Shown here: positions 55,923 through 64,000 of the stretch, one piece after another
How positions within the stretch are numbered: the stretch's first letter is position 1
Layout of the letters: each line of letters opens with the position of its first letter
From: the human T2T-CHM13v2.0 reference genome, Homo sapiens
Strand: one strand, 5' to 3'
DNA length: 64,000 bases
NCBI RefSeq assembly: GCF_009914755.1
Contig: NC_060928.1
Translations under genes and position numbers: made by a program
The notes under the pieces: model-generated
Told to the model about the DNA's origin: nothing
What the model saw: only the letters and a program-made list of their open reading frames with translations
The model's database searches: none

Positions 55923-58900
55923 TTACCATTAGATCCTTTTTGAAATTACTATTTTAGAATTTACTCCCCAAAAGGAAAAGAGAATCTAAGAGAAGGATAA
56001 AATGGAAGGCAAAAAATAGTGATGAGCAAGAAATCAGTAAATGTATAGTTAACATTATGCAAGTGTTGATTGAATTATGAACAAATTAGTAACAATTTTG
56101 AATTCAAATCCAAGACACTTTCAAATATGTGAGGTGGCAATTTGGGAGAGTAGCAAAGTACAAATGGCATAAGGCTTTTGTTGTATTTGGAGGATTAATA
56201 TTAATTGTTGTTATGTAGAATAAAATACAAGTTTAATTTTTTATTAAAAATTAATATGATCACTAAAAGAATAAGAAATGGATTTAAGTTCTAAAACAAT
56301 AGAGAGAAAAGCACAATAAGTAAAAAATTATTCCAACGAAGGTAGAAAAAGTAGAACAGGAAAACAAAATCATGCTGAATTAAAAAATATAAAAGTGCAG
56401 AAAAAATTTGAAACATTATCACTTCCCATAATAAATGTTTGGCAAGTTACTCAATTTTTTGAAGAAGGGTTAATCACACTTGGTAGTGTATGAAATACAC
56501 AGCTGCAAGCTATTTGCAGGAGCATAATAATATGACTTTATTACAAATGTAGCATTTTTTGGTGGTTACTTGAGAATATTGTGCTACAGTCCTTGAGTTT
56601 TAGAGGAGTGGTCAGGATGAGTCTGAAGGGGGACTTACTGAAGGGCCAAGAATTGGGGGGTCCCTGGAGTGGAGGCAGGGGACAGGATCAAAGGGCTGCC
56701 GGGAAATGTTGGTGAGTTTTCATGGTTTCCCTCTCCTTGGTATGTTGGGCAGATCAGATAGACCAAGTCAGCTGGAATCTCATTTAATTTATGTAGAAAT
56801 CCTACAGGCAAGGGAAAAGATTTCTGCCTTTAGTCATCCTGGGGTCTTCCTTTAATAATGAATTTTCTTGGAGATTAGATTTGAAATATTAATAAGCTCA
56901 TTCTGCTTGAGGATCTTAAAGAAGCTTTTTAGTTATTCTACCCCCTATTGTATAATGTGATTTTCTTAGCCTTTTTCTACTTTCAGGACAAGAGCCAGAC
57001 ACAATCGTGCGACGGGAAAAGTTTGTTTTTGGGTGTCCTTTCCAAATTCATGTGACTTACTTTCTCACACCTACTCCACCAAATGCCTGGAATATGCATG
57101 CTGCCTCAGTCCAATGTACATAGCCTCCTGTCATCATGGTTGTTGTCCCTTGTCCATTCCCTAGCTAATCACTTCAGGGAATAATCTTTGCAGGTGTTGG
57201 AGGATGCTAAAAGTCAATGTACCATGCCTAGCAGAGCTGTTACATTTTAGCTAAAGATACCTGAAGACTGAGAAACCTTCTAATGTATAAATGAACCTTT
57301 GAAAGTAGAATTTCAGGTACCTGGGCTGGCTATGGCAGAAATTTTTAAGCTTGAAAAAAATTTTGTGTGTGTGATTTTTTTGTTGTTGTTTATTTGTTTA
57401 ATCTACAGAACAGAGAGAACTGGGCCAGCATTGCTTTACAGGCCATATGGTAACCAATACTATTTTGATCTGCATTACAGAGTTTTGAAAAGATGTATTT
57501 CCTCAGGATATTCTCCTAATCCTAGTACAAAACAGTGCTGTAAAGCTGCACACTTCATCTGTGCATAAGGCTTACCCCAGCTACTGGCATCAGATATACA
57601 ATGCAAACAATGCCAACAAATGGATTTTACCATTCTCTACCTTTAGGTCAAGAGAAGCCATATATTCCTCCATTATAGTTTTCAGGAGAGACACAAGAAT
57701 ACAATTCAACAGACTGTACAGTTTTCCTTCGTTATGTTGGAATAGTTTTCCTTCATTTTGAGAGGAAGTCCAGAAAGGTGATGGCTGTGATAACTCACCT
57801 GGTGAATTAAAATAGCCACCTGTTTCAAAAAATAAAAAGCAATCTCAGAGGATCAGAAAGAAATATAACAATTATAGCCAAGATTGATATTTATAGTAAT
57901 TACATTCTTATTTGAATAATCCCTTTTTGTCATTCTTCAAAGCACAGTACATTCTATTTTTTTCATGACACATTTCTATCCAACTGCCTCCTTTAAACAT
58001 GCCCAAACTAGCTTCTGATGACTTCACCATTGCTAACAATTTAAAGATAATTCCCTGTTTGACATGATTTTTACCAAAACAGTAATTCCTGAACAATGAA
58101 TGGTATCTAGTTTAATATCAATCATTAATTGTTGAAAAAATTTCTTCCAACAAAATTTAAGCCAAACCAACTAGTTAGTGATCTTCTATCATGCATTCAC
58201 ATTGGGATAACAAAATATAAAATGAAAGAAACCAGTAGTTCCTGCATGTCTACTATGGTTCTAATATTTAAACATAAACAACCTCACTTGAAGTCAGAGA
58301 AGCCAGCTTCCCAAAGTTACATAGATATATAACTTTGAAGTATTAGATTCACGGTTTGACTTCAAATCTGGGCAATTTGAAGACAGAAAAAAAACCAGCA
58401 AAGCATGCTGCCTCCAGCTGTAGAAAGATCTGTCAAAGTGTAAAACGCTAGGGGTAAGACTAAAGAGCAAAGAGAATGCCTCAACAATCCAAACTATTTC
58501 AGACGATGGACAGAAGAAAGAAAATATTCCAATTGTCAATAATTCTGTGACAGGAACTGTAGTGGATCTTGCCCTTCTGGAAGTGGGGAGCAGAGGCAGG
58601 GACTTCCTATGGATCCAGATCCTGAGGGCCCAAAGTATGAAGTCTGTAGCTGGAAGAATAGATTCAGTGTTGGGACAAGAGGTGCTCTTGACATTGAAGA
58701 TAAGCCAGGAGTGAGAAATACTGTCACCAAGTCTCTGGGATGCCCCTTGCCAGCACTACCCCATGATGGCAATGCCAAACTTAAGATTGTATCTCCTCTC
58801 CAGCATCACAAGTAATCAGTAAGATTGGTTCTTTGGACATAGGAAGAGTAGCAACCTCTTGCTGGAGTAGTAGGAGAGGCCTGTGTCTGAGCACAGCATG

Positions 58901-59504
58901 TGAATGGTATAGATCATCTAGCCATGCCATATGCATGGAGAAAATAGATATCTATGTAGAAGTAAAGAACTAAAAATGCTGTACTTGTGAAATGCCCTAA
59001 CACAGGAGGCTCAGGCCTTGGGTGGCATGGAGTGACTATAGCTTAACATAACTCTGGGAAAGAAAGGCATCTTCTCCCTTTCCCGAAAGGCTGAGGAGCT
59101 ACTATTAGACCAGCAGTTCTGGTTTATGATTCAGTCACCTCAGCTGATTGGTCCACCGCCCTTGTCCCACAGCTATACTGCACAGCCTTTAGAATAAAAC
59201 AGAAACAAGCAAGGGATCTCCCCCCAGGCAAAAGGCTGCTCAGATGATCTGCTTTTCCGTTTCAGGAAAGATACTAATGAGGACAAATACCTTGGATTAA
59301 GAAAGTGCTAGAATCCTGTTATTTATCAGGGAATGTGGGCATGTAGAAAAGGTGACTCAGAGCCACTTAGTTTTATATATTAAAAATGACAGTTTGTACC
59401 CCAAGCTTGTAAGTGGAACAAATTAGTTATAGTAGGTACCTTCCTTCCTATAGTATCTGTCTCTCCATTTCTTATTCAAATATTATAGGCAAACCAATCT
59501 AGAA

Positions 59505-59722
59505 CAGAAGCTTGTGAATATTTCTGACCTTGAACCCCAAATAAGAAATATATCTTAATTGTGAAGCAGAACACACATACGTACGTTTTAAATGGAAACA
59601 AGATCTTCTGAAAACAATACTTTCCTTGATCACCTGCAAGGCACTCTGATATTTTCTCTCCTATTTTATTTTCTTTTAAGTATTGGTTAAGTATGTTGCT
59701 ACCTGCAGTTTGAAAATCACTG
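59505..59722. mobile_element. hAT-Charlie-type DNA transposon remnant
   Basis: Ends cagtttgaaaatcactg (hAT-like TIR). Internal aataagaaata...aaacaatact...gcactctgatattttct. Confidence 0.55.
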
Positions 59723-60143
59723 GCTTAGATTAGTTCATTAAAAAGAAACTAAAACTATCTGTGTGTGCTTTGAATGGGTTTCATGAAACCATCTTATTTT
59801 CAAAGTGCTCATAAGCATCTTTACACTAGATTCTTCTAGAATTTGTTTGGAACAATATTAATTTCACTTGAAATTAATATTTTCCTCCGTTACACATCTA
59901 ATTTTTAGTCCATCTCTACCTTCCTACATGTTTTATATTCATATACTCAAATTGCACTAACTCTACTTCTATGATAATATCTGTCTTCTTTAATGCCCCA
60001 CTTTATCAAGGCATTTTATTTGTGCATCTAAACTTCATTTTATCCAAAGAAGTTAATTGTTCAGCTACAATTTTTTAAACGAGATTTTTCTGTTCTTTCT
60101 AGCATGAAGTCATTACTGATTTTTTTTCAAAAATAAAATGTGG

Positions 60144-60567
<424 letters not shown>

Positions 60568-60984
60568 TCAATTTGTCAATAGTATATTTTGGATATTTTT
60601 GCAAGTTACTCTATTTTCTTTTCTACAAAAATCTGTCAACATATTGCTCGGGCTTCTCTCAGTAGCCATTTGAGAATCTTCACTGAAATTTTCCTACTTA
60701 AAGTTTTAGATATTTCACAAAACCTAAATAATAAACATTACAGCTTATGAAGATATTGATCATTTAAGCTCTTATATCAGACAAATGTTTTTCTTCCTCT
60801 GAATTGTCATTCATATAATTATTTGGTAATTGCTAACTATACGTAAATGTTATTTATTTTTGTCATTTAACATTGTATACACTGATGGTGCTAATTTCCC
60901 CCCAAAAAAGTTTTAAATTTCCTGAGAAGAGGAAATAGTATAATACCATTCAGTTCAGGGTGAACTTTTAGGAATTAAAAAAAA

Positions 60985-61185
60985 AATTGATGTATAATTT
61001 ACATACAATAAATGCATTTCCTAAGTGTTCTATTTTGACAATTGTGGATACAACCTAAATAAAGAAATAGAACATTTCAATTAAGATGTTTCAATTTCAA
61101 CCTTGAACCACAGAAAGTTCCTTCCATTGAGCCCCTTTCCAGTTACTCTCCTTTCCAAAGCCACTCACTTTCTGATTTCTGCATT
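60985..61185 (-). mobile_element. Old L1M (MD/ME) 3' end fragment
   Basis: aattgatgtataatttacatacaataaatgca...tagaacatttc...cagaaagttcc...ctttctgatttct. Confidence 0.65.
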
Positions 61186-61726
61186 GAGAACTGTGAAGGG
61201 TCTGTGATCTCACCCTTCTTGAAAGATAATAAGTTATCCTGCTGCAGTTTAACAGATTCTGGCAGAACACATGAGTTGTGATAATAATGAAACAGCCTTG
61301 GATTCTAAGCAAATGAAGCACTAAAAATGATTAGAGCTATTAAAGCCAACCTCATAAGAGGTAGTGAGCAAATAATAGGAGTGTTCAAAGAAACACCATG
61401 GATTAGTTTGATGTTTAGCCAAACGACTTCTAAGATTCTAAGTTTCATCATTGGCTTCTAATCTTATTTTGAACTAAATTGATTTAAAAGGCAAGAGTCC
61501 AATTTAGCATACAACAAAATTAGAAAGACATATGTGAAATAATATGGTTTTATGAGTAACATTTTCCCAATTTACACATATAATAGCAGTCTAGAAGTGC
61601 CTGAGGTTGACAGCACATGATGAGTCCTAACTGAGGTGATTGTCATCTCAAAAGGAGTCGATGGAATTCATGGCTCAGGTAATTCATTTGGGTTAATCTA
61701 CAACTGTGCTTAGAAGAAAGGCATCT

Positions 61727-61813
61727 GACAATGTATCACATATATATCAAAACATCACATGATATTTCATAAATATATACAATTATTATTTGTCAATTAA
61801 AAATAAATAAGTA
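61727..61813 (+). mobile_element. Very short L1MA 3'-terminal fragment
   Basis: atatcaaaacatcacatga...ataaatatatacaatt...atttgtcaattaaaaataaa. Confidence 0.7.
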
Positions 61814-63167
61814 AATAGACATCTGTCTCTTTTTTCCTATGAGCTTCCTAATTTCATTTATTTTATTTTTACTGACACATAACAGATGTACATATTGTTG
61901 GAGTATGTGTGATAATTGATACATTCATATGATGTGTAACAATCAAGTTAAGGTAATGGGATATCCATCACTTTAAATATTTATCTTTTCTTTCTGCTGG
62001 GAACATTCCAGTTATTCTCTTCTAGCTATACTTAAATGTACAATAGATTAATTTATAGTCATCCTACTAATCTATCAAACACTAGGTCTTATTTCTTCTA
62101 CTTGGAAGTATATTTGTAGGCATTAATCAACCATCCCACCCCCAGTCCCACCTTTCCTGGCCTCTGGTACAGGCCAGAGGCCTCTATTCTTTATCTTTAT
62201 GAAATCCCCTTTTTTAACTCCTGCATATGAGTGAGAACATGGGATATTTGTCTTTCTGTGCTTGGCTTATTTCACTTAACATAATGACTTTTATCCAATC
62301 CATGTTGCTGTAAATTACAGGATTTCATTCTTTTTTCTTTGCTGAATAATATTCCATTGTGTATATATACCACTTTTTAAAATTCATTCATCCTTTGATG
62401 GGCACTTTGGTTCAGTCTGTATTTTGACTATTGTGAATAGTACTGAAATAAACATGAAAGTTCAGATATCTCTTCTATATATTGATTTATTTCTTTTGGA
62501 TATATATCCAGTAGTGAAATTGCTGGATCATATGATAGTTCTAGTGATAGCTTTCTGAGGAATCACCATACTGTTTTCCATAGTGACTGTACTAATTTAC
62601 ATTCCCATCAACAGTGTAGGAGAGTTCCCCTTTCTCCATATCCCCACCAGTATCTGTTATTCCCTGTCTCTGTAATAAATGCCATGTTAATTAGGGTGAG
62701 CGAAATCTCATTGTGGCTTTGATTTGCATTTCTTTCATGATTAGTAATGCTGAACATCTTTTCATATACTTGTTGGCCATTCGTATGTCATCTTTTGAGA
62801 AATGTCCATTCAGATCTTTTGCCCATTTTTAAATTGTTCTTTTTACTGTTCAGTTGTTTGATCCCCTTATATGTTCTGGTTTTAATCCCTTGTCAGATGG
62901 ATAGTTTGCAAATATTTTCTCTCATTCTATGGGTTGTTTCTTCACTTTGTTGATTGTTTCCTTTGCTGTACAGAAACTTTTTAGCTTGATACAATCCCAT
63001 TTGTCTATTTTTGCCTTTGTTGCCTGTGCTTTTGAGGGCTTACACACCAAATTTTTGCCCATATCAATGTCCCTGAGTACTTCCCCAATGTTTTCTTCTA
63101 GCAGTGTCATATTATCTCTTACACAGAACTCTTTGATTCATTTTGATTTGATTTTTGTATATGGTGA

Positions 63168-63486
<319 letters not shown>

Positions 63487-63525
63487 AGCAGACTAGTTTT
63501 ATTCTTTTGCATACTCTTATCCAGT

Positions 63526-63894
63526 CTCCCTCCCTCTCTCCCTCCTTCTCTCTCTCTCTCTGACTTCTCCTCTCCTCTCCTTTCCTTTCCTTTCTTTCCT
63601 TTCCTTCCTTTCCTTCCCTCCTTCTTTTTAGAGTCTTACTCTGTCACCCAGGCTGGAGTACAGTGGCGCAATCTTGGCTCACCGCAACCTCTGCCTCCCA
63701 AAAACCAAACGATTTCATGCCTCACTCAGCCTCCTGAGTAGCTGAGGCTACAGGTGTGTGCTACCACACTTGGCTAATTTTTGTACTTTTAGTAGAGACA
63801 GAGTTTCATCATGTAAACTCCCAACCTCAGGTGATCCTCCCATCTTGGCCTTCCAAAGTGCTGGGATTACAGGCATGAGCCACTGCACTCAACT
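63526..63894 (-). mobile_element. Diverged Alu with CT-rich tail
   Basis: gagtcttactctgtcacccaggctggag...ccaaagtgctgggattacaggcatgagccac. Left-arm deletion. Probable TSD ttatccagt at 63517-63525 and 63897-63905. Confidence 0.85.
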
Positions 63895-64000
63895 GATTAT
63901 CCAGTTTTTCCAGCACCATTTATAGAAGAGACTATCCTTTCTCCATTGCATATTTTTGACACCTTTGTCAAATATGTTTCTTGTAAATGTTGGATTTGTA

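Larger units (their letters stand above)
54325..56450 (+). mobile_element. Second HAL1-like / ancient L1 ORF1 remnant, interrupted by two MLT1 LTRs
   Basis: aggttacctgtaaagaaacaaaaattaaatttgcaatagccttctcatcaacaaca...tggagtcaggtcttcaaagtattg (VTCKETKIKFAIAFSSTT...WSQVFKVL). Downstream region parallels the 52440-53000 copy. Confidence 0.55.

Overview
Human, repeat-rich, AT-rich non-coding DNA (intergenic or deep intronic). The species call rests on an AluYb8/Yb9-type insertion, a human-specific lineage. I find no supportable protein-coding gene, RNA gene, CRISPR array or CpG island. The long ORFs in the track are broken LINE-1 ORF1/ORF2 fragments, Alu read-throughs or microsatellite artefacts. 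The window is a fossil record of transposons: an ERVL remnant with a decayed dUTPase, a near-full-length L1PB with its RT deleted inside a MER21-type LTR, a twin-primed L1PA with a 5' inversion and an apparent short 3' transduction, about a dozen Alus, several solo LTRs (MER41, MER34/39, MER50/LTR27-like, MER31/67-like, MLT1), and L2, L3/CR1, MIR, HAL1-like and MADE1 fragments. I did not find a new biological system. The most notable structures are mechanistic: the inversion-plus-transduction L1, a 22-bp palindromic VNTR grown inside an Alu tail, templated-insertion scars, and a few candidate non-coding exons and enhancers. Subfamily names come from recalled consensus features, not from a database search.
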